DNA of 64,000 nt from Cyanophora paradoxa CCMP329. Taxonomy: Eukaryota > Plantae > Glaucophyta. A program made the translations under genes and the position numbers. A model generated the notes under the pieces. The model saw only the letters and a list, made by a program, of their open reading frames with translations. It was not told the origin of the DNA and ran no database searches. Below are positions 11,507 through 23,227 of the stretch, piece by piece (position 1 is the stretch's first letter; each line of letters starts with the position of its first letter). The stretch is from positions 496,001 through 560,000 of the forward strand of contig QPMI01000436.1 in NCBI GenBank assembly GCA_004431415.1. Reading direction: 5' to 3'.

Positions 11507-13915
11507 CTATGTGCTCCGCCAGGGCATGGTCATGATGAGGGGCTTGTAGAGCCCCGGCCCGGGATTCGCCTGGCTCGAGCTGCCCTCCGGGTTCTTGGCC
11601 GAGAGCTCCGCGGACATGTACCGCTTCTTCTCGCGGTCCCGGTCCGACGTGCCGAACCCGGGTACGGGCGACTTCCTCAAGGTGCTGTGCGTACCCTCGG
11701 CGATGGCGGAGCGCGCCTCGTAGGCCCCCGGGCCCGGCGTGTCCTTGCCGACCATGTCCTTGTCCATCCCCTTCGCGATGAAGCGGTGCTCTGAGGACGA
11801 ACGAAGGCGAAGCGCACGTCAGACTTGGGACGGGACGAGGCGGGAGTAACAATAGATCTTAGACGGCAATGTATCCCTTCTCGTTAGACTAGGCGAAGGC
11901 GGAGCTAGGGAGCTAATAAAGGCTTAGAGCTAGAGAGTTCTCGAACAAAAACGAGAAGGACGCACGGCGCTCGTTGTCGCGCTGGGAGGTGCCGATGCGG
12001 ACCGCCGGGCTCTTCTCGACCGTCGGGTCGACCAGCGTCCCGACCGTCGGGCGCAGGTTGTAGGCCCCGGGCCCCGGAATCTCCCCGCTCCTCGTCTTCT
12101 TCTTTCCCTTGGCGCCGTCCGCGCCCACGCCAACGCCGCGGGACGCCTTTGCGAACCCGTACGAGGTCGTCTCGCCCATCTTGGAGGGGGGGTGGTACAC
12201 GGGCCCGGGGCTCCCCTTGCCCCACTCGTCCGCCGAGAGCTTGGATCCCATGAAGACCTTCTTCTGCTGGTCGCGCGTCGCCGTGCCGAAGGAGAACTGC
12301 GGCGCCCCGTCCACCTTGCCCTGGTTCGCGTCCGTGTTGTAGATCGGCCTGCGCGCGCGCGCGAGCGCGAAACAGTCAGAAACGGGATAGAGAAGTTAGC
12401 TCAGCTAACTGGCCATGGTTAGCCTTTATCAGTTAGAACCTTAAAGTAGGCAGCTTCATAAGATATACATTCGAGCCATCGGCCCGGCCCGGCCCGGCAA
12501 GGCCCGGCCCCGCAGAGCGCACGCACCCGGGGGAGACAGTGGGGTGCAGGTTCGTGCGCTGCTCCGACGTGCCGAAGCCCCAGCGCGGGAGGTGCTCGCC
12601 CACCGTGCCCTTCAGGGGGTACTGCCCCGGCCCCGGCGCCGAGCTCGCTGCTCGCCCGGAGTGAGAGAGGGCGGGGGAAGGGGAAGGGGGGTAGGGGGGC
12701 AAGCAAGCACATCGGCTGCCGAGGTCCCTTGTCGATTTGGAGAAGACGGGGCGCGCGTCCACGGTCTTGGTGGGGCTCATCACGCCCGTGTCCACCTCGC
12801 GCCGCTCGTAGGCGCCGGGCCCGGGCACCGCCTCGCGCTTGTCCGGCGGGAATCGATCCCGCGAACCGAAGACGTGCTGGGGAGCGTTCGCCTGCTTCCC
12901 GGTCTTGGACTGCCGCCCGACCGGCTGGACGGCGTTGTCCAGCTCGTACTTCCCGGGCCCGGGGGTGCCCCACCCCTTCTGGTCCTTCTCCATCTCCTTG
13001 GAGAGGAATCGCTCTGCGCAGCGCGGGGGGGTACCCGGGCTCAGCGGCGGCCCCGGCCGCTTCGTTCGCTATTGGCCCCGCGCACTTCGTTCGCCGTCGC
13101 GGTTGCTCTTCCCGAAGGTCGCGGCCGGCGCCTTTTGAGCGGACGGGTCGTTGTCCACGGGGTACTGCGCAGCGCACGCCCGGCTCAGGACCCGGGGGGG
13201 GGGGGGGGGGGGAGGGGGGGGGGTATGCCGCACCGCCCCGGGGCCCGGGGTGGCGTCCCGCCCGCCGCCGCCCATGCGCCCGCGTCCCGTGGATCCGAAT
13301 GTCCACCTGGGCCCCTCTACTTCCCCCTTGTCGTTCGGCCGCGCGTGCGCCCTGCCGCCCGCCCCGCCGTCCCCGTCGGCGCCCCGCGAGCAAAGAAGAG
13401 CGGGGCGGGGCGGGGCGGGGTCGAGCCGGGCGCGCACCCGGGCCCCGGCTCGTCGTTCGCGATGCCCATTCCTTTCCTGGGCGCGGTGCCGAAGCCGTAC
13501 CGGGGGCCCTGCGAGGCGCCCGCCGTTCAGCGGCCCGGCGGCGGCGGCGGGCGCGCAGAGTCAACGCACTGTCTCCTTCTCGGCAGCAGCGGTCACGTTG
13601 TAGGCGGGGCCGGGGCTAGCATTCTCCAGTCCAGACTTTGCGCGGCCCGCCCCGCCGATCGAGAACTTGGGCGCATCGCCTGCGTGGGCTTGAGCCGCGG
13701 CACGCGGGGACGCGGGGGACGCTCCTCCGCTCACCAATGCTGGTGGTTACACTGTAGATGGGCCCTGGCCCGGTGCGGCCTAGGTGCTCTTTGGTGGTCT
13801 CTTTCGAGAGGTACTGTTTCTGTGGTTGCCTTGGGCCGCTGCCGAAACTCCAGCTAATCGAGTAGTCATTGGTGCCGAACAGCTGGTGCTTGGGCACACT
13901 GCCTGGCGCTGACAT
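11507..13915 (-). CDS. ODF3/SHIPPO-repeat (sperm-tail PG-rich repeat) flagellar protein
   Basis: Repeated PGPGxY motifs (GPGPIY, TPGPGKY, VPGPGAY, APGPGQY, SPGPVY, IPGPGAY, TPGPGAY, NPGPGLY) alternate with (W/F)xFG motifs across the exons. Confidence 0.88.
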
Positions 13916-14480
13916 CGCGCTGGCTCGCTCCGCCTGGCTGCAGATGCCGCCGCAGCCCTTGGTGCGTCTTAAACGCTTGTGGCAGTCTACAGCTGCGCGC
14001 CGGTTCTCGATGTGACGTCCAGCTTCTGCGGGAGGAAACGCGTCTCGCGGCCGGCCCCAATTAATCTGTTTGCGTACCCGCAGGTCTGATTGCTCAGCGT
14101 ACCCCCGCAACAACGCCTGGACCAGGCGGAACCACTTCACCAAGCTTAAGGTCCGAGACCGGGATCCGCTCCAATTCCGCGAAAGCTAACACGCCGGCTT
14201 GATAGCAGAGCTCGTTCGGCCCGTCTCCGGCGGGCGGCTCGGGTTGACGTCGACGCTCTCTCCGACATCGTCGTCGGGCCCGACAGCCACGGTGCGCGGC
14301 TCGCCGACGTGGCTGGGCGGTGAACGTGTTTCTTCTAGTCGCGGCATTTGTCCCGGAGAACCCTGCGGACACACCTCCGGACCTCCGGAACCGACGCTGA
14401 TCATGATGGCAATCGCAAAGCTCGGCTCACGACGTGGCTCTCGCAGTTCTCGGGGATCGTCTTCGCGCAAGTTCGGCATC

Positions 14481-17400
14481 ATGGGTAACAAACGTGCGCC
14501 AGTGCTTCAAATTCTCGAACTGCCGTCGCGCCGGCCGCGGCCGCAGCGCAGCGGCCGGGCTGAACACATACACATCGCAGTCCCCAAGGAGGTTATCAGC
14601 CAATGCGATGGCTACGGCGCCAACGGCCCACAGCCTCTCAACAAGATCGAAGTGGCCTGCCGCGCTGGGACCCCCGAGAAGCAGTGCAAGGTCCGCCGTT
14701 CCGCGCTCAAACGCGCCCCGCGGCCGCATGTGCTAGCTTCGTGCTTGCTGACGCTTCGGTCAGCTCTTCGTGGAGCAGACGTGCACCGATCTCGCCACGC
14801 TCTACAACGGACCGGCCGGCGTTGCGCGCGATTTGATGTGAGCCCGTTCGCGCTTTCTGGCGGTGCCGTGCGCTTGCCGACTACTCGCGGCGCCGCAGCA
14901 CCCGGCTTGAGGCCCAGAACCAAGCTAGAATTGTGCACCCCGCCCCGCCGCTTGCTGCGAACCCCTCCGAGGCTCTGACGCTGTACCCCGCCGCCGATGG
15001 CAGAGAATCGAGTACACCCCGAACGACAAGAACGTCACGTACCCCAGGGGAGAGGCGTCGTACTATGATCCCAAACTGAAGGCGATGGTCCAGTACCCCC
15101 CAAACACGATCCCGGTCCTGTGAGTGCCTGCGCATGCCTCTCCTGCCCTGGGCCGGGGCCGGCGTCGACGTCCAGCTGCGGCGCTGACTAAGGGGTCGCT
15201 TCCGGTCCGCAGCTACAACCCTGCCGCCACGCAGAACGCGGTCGATGGGGACCGCGACCCATACGTCGGGCTCGGGCAAGAGGTGCGTACGTACGCTCCG
15301 CGGTTCCGCGGTCCCCGGTCCAGCCCTTTCTCGCTTGTTTTGATCTCGATCCACCGGTACCCCTCCCCGCAGCTCGTGCGCGCGTGGCATCTCGCCAGAG
15401 GTACGCTCCGCTCCCCCCCCCCCCCCCCCCCCCCTCAAGGCCTACGCCTCCGCCGGCGCCGACCCGCAGACGCACGCGCAGGCATGTACCCCGAGAAGGC
15501 GGGTACGGATTTCATCAAGACGTGCATGGTGCTGGGCCAAGGGCCCTACGGCGTCAACATGCCGATCTCGGACCGGCTCATCCGCGCCGAGTTCAACCAG
15601 GCTCCCCGCACCACCTACCGTCCGCCCTTTCTCCGCCCCTGCCGTCCTACGCGGCTGACGACGCCGCTTTGACTTGCAGCGCAATCGGCCCCGAACGGGT
15701 GCAGCGACGCCGCCAAGCTCGCCGACATGCGGGCGCTCTACATGTCCCCCGAGTTCATCGAGGACTGGAACGTCCTTAAGGACGCGATTGCGGGGAAGCC
15801 CCCCGGGACGACCCTGACCGCGGACCGGACCAGCCACTGCACCGGCTACGGCGTTGGTGCGCGTTCGGATCCGCGCTGCTCGTAGCCCCTTCCGAAATCG
15901 AAGAGACTCCGAAGTAATCCGCGCCGCCGCGCCAGGAAATCTGCAGAAGATCGGAGTTCTGTGCAGGGCCGGAATGGACGAGTCGTATTGCGCGGTACGC
16001 CGCCGGTATTCACGAGCTCGCCCCGCTTGCGCGAGCTGATTTCCTTCTTTGGTGATCACCGCAGTCGTTCCAGCGCATGGTACGTCTCGGCCGCGGCCAG
16101 TTTGCTGTGCCGCGGGCCGCTCGAGCTCGCGCCCTCCGCGGCTGGCATTTAACTTCAGCCCGCGACGCGGGCGCGCGCGCGCAGATCTGCAGCGACCTGA
16201 AGACGATCTACGAGGCGCCCAACAACCACGGCCGGACTCTGATGTGAGCCGATCGCGATCGGCCTTCATTTTCTCAGCGAAGAGCTAGAGGCTGATTTTC
16301 GACTTCGAATTCTTGCGGCGCGGCAGCCAGCGACTGGAGGCGCAGCCTAAGAACATCGTGCGCCGCGGGCTAAGCCTCTGACACGCTTCTGACGCGGCGA
16401 GTGCCTCTGACGCCATGTCTCCCGCGACCTGCGCATGCGCGCCCCACAGACTATCGTTCTCAACGACTCCGAGACGAACGAGGCGATCCCGGCACGGAGC
16501 GTGGGCAACACCGCCGGCACCTTCTACGACGCCTTCAGCCGCCAGAACCTGCAGGTCCTATAAGATCTACTCGTAGATCTCGTGGCGTCTTGCAAGACTT
16601 AAAGCTTCTTAAAGACTTAAAGCTTCCTATAAGATCTACTGTGTGGTTTTAACATTAAAATCTCGTGGCGTCTTGCAAGACTTAAAGCTTCCTTCCGGCC
16701 GCACTGCCGCAGTACCCGACGGACGCGATCACGGTCAAGTTCAACCCGACCTCGATGACGACGCCGACCGACGGCGAGCGCCCGCCCTTCATCTCCCTCG
16801 CCCACGAGGTGCGTACGTATACGTCCCGCGCGCGCGCGGTCCGCGGCCATGCGTATTATGGCCAGCCCGGTTCGATCACGCATATATGCTTTGCACGCAT
16901 AGAATACTAGTTCGATCCTAATTACCGCGGGGCGCGCGGTCCACGGCCATGCGTATATATGTATAAGGCCAGCCCGGTCCCGCTCGCTCTTGATCCTCTA
17001 CCCCCGCTCGCCCTCTCCGCAGCTCATGCACGCGTGGCACTGGGCCTATGGTGCGCGCAGCGCGCCTCCCCCCCCCCCCCCCCCCCCCCCCCCCGCCCCG
17101 ACCCGAGGCGCAGGCATGTACCCCCCGAAGGCCGAGGGCGACTCGAGCTTCGTGAAGGAGTGCATGGTGCTGGGCCGGGGGCCCTTCGCCGCGAACATGG
17201 ACGTCTCCGAGCGTCACCTCCGCGCCGACGTCGGCCTCCCCGAGCGCCACTTCCACGGTGCGGTTAATTGTAACGCTGTTGGTTTCAATTCAAATTTTAG
17301 TATCGTTTGTTAATTCCGGTCTGATCGCGGCCGATCTGATAAACAACACAACTGCAATGAGTTTTAACTAGTATCTCCGACTAGATACTACTACCGAGAA

Positions 17401-17960
17401 ACGTGTAGAAAAGGCCGCTGCCTCTGCTCACTTCACATTTTCGCCGCAGGCAAGTCGGTGCCGAAGCCCGACGGCTGCAACGACGTGGCCCTGCTCGCCA
17501 GGATGGCCGCCAGCGGGTGGGCCCCCTGGGCCCCGCCCCCGCCCCCGCCCCCGCCCCAAGTCCGCACCCAGCTGGACGACGACGCGGCCAGCGTCGTGGT
17601 GCCCTACTCGGCGGACCCGGCCGAGGTCGACGTGCGCCCCGCTGTGGCTAATTATAAGATCTCCTATGTGATTTTAATATTAAAATCTCATAGTGTCTTA
17701 TACGACTTTTTCTTTATTCGAGGGCCGAGATCGGCTCGGCTCGGCTCGGCTCTGCTCTGCTGACAGCGCTCGCGCAGGCGGCGGACCTCGCGGATGCCTT
17801 CGGAGGGGACGAGGGCGGCGCCGCGGGCGATTTGATCGAGGGCGCCGCCGCCGGCGCCGCCGAGGACGCGGCGGCGTTCGAGGCCTGCCCCTGCTGCGGG
17901 GCCGCCGCCGGCGCCTGCGCCGTCGGCGGCGGCGAGGCACACGCCGGCCACATGCTCTAG
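14481..17960 (+). CDS. Putative N-myristoylated protein with two tandem M91-like (NleD/HopH1-type) zinc-metallopeptidase domains; first degenerate, second intact
   Basis: Starts MGNK|LPKEVISQCDGYG. Domain 2 reads ITVKFNP...RPPFISLAHE|LMHAWH...VKECMVLG...VSERHLRADVGLPER. Domain 1 reads VLYNP...RDPYVGLGQE|LVRAWH...IKTCMVLG...ISDRLIRAEFNQAPRTTY. Confidence 0.75.
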
Positions 17961-19074
17961 ATCTAGATCCAGGCCCCGGCCGCGATGATCCTGATCTGTG
18001 TTTTAGTTCTATTTCTAGTTCTAGTTCTAGTATTCCTGTGTGTCGTGGTATATCTTACAATTGTGCGCCCGAGCCTCGGAGATCTAGAGCGCTCGGCGGC
18101 TGGCCCAGTGGCCGATTTTGATTGACTGCTGTTCTCTTAGGCTTTCTCATCGAATTTACAGACTTTACTCTCTTCGTGCTTGCTTACTACGTGCATGCAC
18201 ACTGTGACATATGGCGTACATCGATGATCGATGCATCATGGCATATGCACGTCCCGGCCCACGCGTACGTGCACGTCCCGGCGCGCACCACGTCACGGCG
18301 TCACGGCGTTATACTCGAATTCGAAGCCTTGAAAACTAATCACATGACTCTAGATCTAGTGATGGCTTTACATGTAAATGCATTAGCATGGCTCTAGACT
18401 CTGAGAAATTTGAAAGCCCGATACACGGATGGCTAAGTGACTGGACACTACGTATACGTATACATAGACGCACATAAAACTTCGCATACGTATATACTAT
18501 GCATACGATGATACGCCAACGCGCAATGATAAAATAGAAATCGAAAACCTAGATCTAGAGTGCCACGGTGAATATGAAATTAATTATATAAATCTCAAGT
18601 CTGCAAACGATTCCGACACGGGTCATGATGAATTGAAAAGAAAGTTGAAAGAGTCGAGATATATAAAGCCAACTGGCGCATTCAATCTGGAAGGCAGCCG
18701 TGCGCTATAAAAACCATGCATGGTAAATCAAACCAAACTAAAGGATTCCGGAGTCCGGAGCTGGCGAAAGGGACGACGGATGGATGGATCGCCGTGGCCA
18801 GCCGCAGAGCGCGAGCGTGGCGGGTACCGCGGCCGGCTACGTACACGCAGACGGCCCTCAGAGGAGCGGGGGCGGGGGGGGGGGGGGGGGGGGGGGAGGT
18901 GCCGGCCAGCTGCCGCCGGCCCGGGAGGGGGGGGGCGAGGAAGGGGGAGGGCGGCGGCCCTAGGGGAGGGACAGGCTCGAAAGGGCGCGGGGGGTCGCGA
19001 TCGCGATGGGGGCAGCCGAAGGGGCGGCCGAAGCGCCGCCGAAGCGGCGGAGGACGGGGAGGAGGGAGGGCGGC

Positions 19075-22007
19075 CTACTGGCCTGGGCATAGGCCTGCAG
19101 CCGGGGCGGGCGCCGGCGCCGGCCCGGCGTCGAGGCCGCCGAAGCGGCGGAGGACGGGGAGGAGGGCGGCGCGCGTGATGGGCTTCACGACGTGCTCGTC
19201 GAGCCCGGCGGCGAGGGAGGCCTCCCGGTCCGATGGGCTCCCGAACGCCGTGCACGCCACTGGCGGGCCGGGCTAAGGGACCGGGGGAGGAGGGGGGTAC
19301 GGGGCGCACCGAGGGGGGTGCGGGGCATCCCGAGCTCGTCCTCCATCTGCCGCAGGCGCTGCGCCATCGCCAGGCCGTCGCACCGTGGCTGGCGGGGAGG
19401 GGTGCGGGGTCAGGAAGCAGGGTGGGGGTGGGAGACCGCGGGGGGGGGGGGGGGGGGTACAAGTCACCATGGCGATGTCGGAGAGGACGAGGTCGAAGGG
19501 GGTACGGGCGCCGGGGCCGGGGTACCGGGTCCGGGGCGCAGCATCTCCAGCGCCTCCTCGCCGTCTTTTGCCTCTGCCGTCGCGTGGCCCATCCGCCGCA
19601 GCAGCGCCGTCAGCACCCGCCGGTTCATCTGAGTTCGAAGAGGGGGGGAGAAGCGGATTAGGGGTAGGGAAGGGGAAAGGGGGGTACGGGCGAACCTCGA
19701 CGTCGTCGACGACAAGGATGCGGAGGGGTGTACAGCCGCGGGCGGTTCCGGAGGGGTAGCGCCGTCGAGGGAATCGAGGGAGGCCGGGGCGGCGATGGCG
19801 AGGGGGGTAGGACGTTCCTCCGCCGGGCGGCGCCGGCGCCGACGCCGGCGCTCCGTCCCGAGCGGGGGGAGCTGGTCGACGAGGAGGGGGCACGGGGGGC
19901 CAGGGGGCAGAGGTTGGAAAAGGACGGGGAGGGTCCGCAGGCGCCGGCGGCCGGGGGCGAGGGGGGCCGGACCGAGGCGCTGCGCATGCGGGCCCCGGCC
20001 CCGGGCCCGCCCGCGGGGAGGGTTTCCAGCTCGGTGCCTGTACCCCCCTCGGGCGCGAGCTCCGCAAGCAGCGCCGCCTTGCGGATCGGCTTCGTCAGGA
20101 CCTGCGAACGACGCTCAGAAAGGAACGGAAAGGAGAGGAAAGGAAAGGAGAAAGGGGAGGAGCCACGTGGGCCGCGTGGCCATAGGCCACGTGGGCCACA
20201 TGGACCTTGTCCGATCCATGCCGGAGCGAAGGAAAGGAAAGGAAAGTAAAGGAAAGGAAAGGAAAGTAAAGGAAAGGAAAGGAAAGGAAAGGAAAGGAAA
20301 GGAAAGGAAAGGAAATGTAAAAGAAAAGGACCTTGTCCATGCCGGAGCGGAGGCAGGCCTCGAGCTCCTCTGAGCCAGCGTGGCCCGTGAGGGCGACGAT
20401 GCGGCAGGGGGCGAGGCCCCGCGCCGCCTCCAGCGCCCGGATCCGCTCCGTCGCCTCGCACCCGCTCAGCACCGGCCTGCCGGCCGGCCGCGGGATCATC
20501 TAGCCGTCAGCGAGATGTATAGCTAAATCTAGAGGAAAGAAGGGGGCCTAGGTCGCTGCAAATCGAACCCAGTCTTATCGGATATATATCCAAACGAGGC
20601 AGTTCTAGATCTAGATAAATTTTATCGCTCGGCTGCACATGGCCATGGAGCAGTCCATGAAGGGGCAGAGGCGCCTGTTTCTAAAGTCTAACTTAATTAG
20701 GTTAAGCTTAGACTAAGCAAGTTAAGCTTAGACTAAGCTTAGTCTAAGCTCGGGTCCAAGGTCTTTCTTTGGCCCTCTGAGGCGCACATGGAGCAGTCCA
20801 TGAAGGCGGCCGAGTAGGCGGCCCGCCCCGCCGGCGTCGCCCCCGCCCGCCCCGCGAACAGCGCCACCGCCTGCGGGGGGAGGGGGGAGGGTACGTGAGA
20901 CGGGGGGGGTGGGGGCGCAGGGAGGGCGGGGCGAGGCCCGGCGGCCGGGGCAGGGCGAGCGGAGAGATTTTGGTAGCCTAGCCGAGATCGAGGGAGGGAC
21001 AGGGACAGGGGGTGGGTGGGGGAGAGGGGAGGGGGGGGGGGGGGGGGTAGGGTGCGGGGCGGGACGGGGCGGGGCGGGGCGGGCCTTGGCGCCGTCGGTG
21101 GCGACGTCGCAGGGGTACCCGGCGCCGCGCAGCATCGCCGACAGGATCCGCCGGTTCACCTGAGGGGGTGGGCGGGGGAGGAGAAGTGAGCGAGTGAGGC
21201 AGACGCGAGGGAGGGAGGGAGGGAGGGGCGGAGACTTCGATTCGATCCGACTCGGATCTCAAGCGAATACAAAGCTAAGGGAGCTGACGCCCTCCGGACT
21301 CGGCGCACCCCCTCGCCCTCGCCCCGTCCAAACAAACCCAACCTTAATATCCTAATCTCGATTTAGATTTAGATCGTAAAAGGAATGCTAAGAATTAAGA
21401 CTACGTACGCCCCCCCGGCCCTGTCCCGTCCCGTCCCGTCCCGTCCCGTCCCGGCGCACGCACCTCGTCGTCCTCAGCGATGAGGACGCGTGGCCCGCCA
21501 GCCTCCTCGGACCCCCCGGCCGCGGCCGAGGCGGGGGGCGAGGTGGGCTGGACGCCCCACGAGTCGGCGCGGGCGCCGACGCCCACGGCCGAGAGGGAGA
21601 GGGCCGAGGCGGGGGGCGAGGGCGGGAAGGAGGAGGAGGAGGAGAAGGCGGGGGGGCCCGGGCCCGGGGAGCCGGGCGGGGCGGCGCGGAAGGGCCACGA
21701 GAAGAAGAAGGTCGAGCCGCGCCCCACCTGCGATGTCGATCGCGTGTAAGCGCTAGCTCGAAGGCTCGATGGATGCGTGAAGCTCAACGCCCGTGTAACT
21801 ATGCAACTATAGTGCTCTAAACGCTGAAACTATGTAACTTTATAACTATAACTATATGTAACTATATTAACTAAGGAAGCCCGGCCTGCTCGGGGCTGCG
21901 TGCAGCTGGAGAGGGTGCTGGGGAGGGCGGGGGCGGGGATCGGACCTCGGACTCGCAGCCGATCTCGCCGCCGGCCGCGTTGACGATCTCCTTCGAAATC
22001 GCGAGTC
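19075..22007 (-). pseudogene. Duplicated 3' fragment of the hybrid histidine kinase (end of HATPase plus two receiver domains), no start or promoter
   Basis: Copy of the exons LAISKEIV...VGRGSTFFF...REC1...REC2...GLCPGQ*. The upstream side abuts the duplication junction. Confidence 0.75.
20229..20315. repeat. (GGAAA)n microsatellite in an intron; second copy at ~24388-24474
   Basis: Pentamer array visible directly in the sequence. Confidence 0.95.
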
Positions 22008-23227
22008 CTGCCGGGTAGAGGAAGGGAGCGGGTATGAGGATTCCTGCCGGGGCGGGGGCGGGGCCGGGGCGCCTGCGCCGTCGGCGGCGGCGAGGCACAC
22101 GCCGGCCACATGCTCTAGATCTAGATCCAGGCCCCGGCCGCGATGATCCTGATCTGTGTTTTAGTTCTATTTCTAGTTCTAGTTCTAGTATTCCTGTGTG
22201 TCGTGGTATATCTTACAATTGTGCGCCCGAGCCTCGGAGATCTAGAGCGCTCGGCGGCTGGCCCAGTGGCCGATTTTGATTGACTGCTGTTCTCTTAGGC
22301 TTTCTCATCGAATTTACAGACTTTACTCTCTTCGTGCTTGCTTACTACGTGCATGCACACTGTGACATATGGCGTACATCGATGATCGATGCATCATGGC
22401 ATATGCACGTCCCGGCCCACGCGTACGTGCACGTCCCGGCGCGCACCACGTCACGGCGTCACGGCGTTATACTCGAATTCGAAGCCTTGAAAACTAATCA
22501 CATGACTCTAGATCTAGTGATGGCTTTACATGTAAATGCATTAGCATGGCTCTAGACTCTGAGAAATTTGAAAGCCCGATACACGGATGGCTAAGTGACT
22601 GGACACTACGTATACGTATACATAGACGCACATAAAACTTCGCATACGTATATACTATGCATACGATGATACGCCAACGCGCAATGATAAAATAGAAATC
22701 GAAAACCTAGATCTAGAGTGCCACGGTGAATATGAAATTAATTATATAAATCTCAAGTCTGCAAACGATTCCGACACGGGTCATGATGAATTGAAAAGAA
22801 AGTTGAAAGAGTCGAGATATATAAAGCCAACTGGCGCATTCAATCTGGAAGGCAGCCGTGCGCTATAAAAACCATGCATGGTAAATCAAACCAAACTAAA
22901 GGATTCCGGAGTCCGGAGCTGGCGAAAGGGACGACGGATGGATGGATCGCCGTGGCCAGCCGCAGAGCGCGAGCGTGGCGGGTACCGCGGCCGGCTACGT
23001 ACACGCAGACGGCCCTCAGAGGAGCGGGGGCGGGGGGGGGGGGGGGGGGGGGGGGAGGTGCCGGCCAGCTGCCGCCGGCCGGGAGGGGGGGGGCGAGGAA
23101 GGGGAGGGCGGCGGCCCTAGGGAGGACAGGCTCGAAAGGGCGCGGGGGGTCGCGATCGCGATGGGGGCAGCCGAAGGGCGGCCGAAGCGCCGCCGAAGCG
23201 GCGGAGGACGGGAGGAGGGAGGGCGGC

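Noticed and set aside
12419-13857. Long Arg/Gly/Pro-rich ORFs (e.g. 437 aa on +, 381 aa on -) and similar ones throughout the window
   Set aside because: These are shadow frames caused by high GC; the real proteins emerge only after splicing in another frame or strand.
18122-18397. 91-aa ORF (and its copy at 22280)
   Set aside because: Non-ATG start, palindrome-rich intergenic composition, and its identical copy is explained by the segmental duplication.
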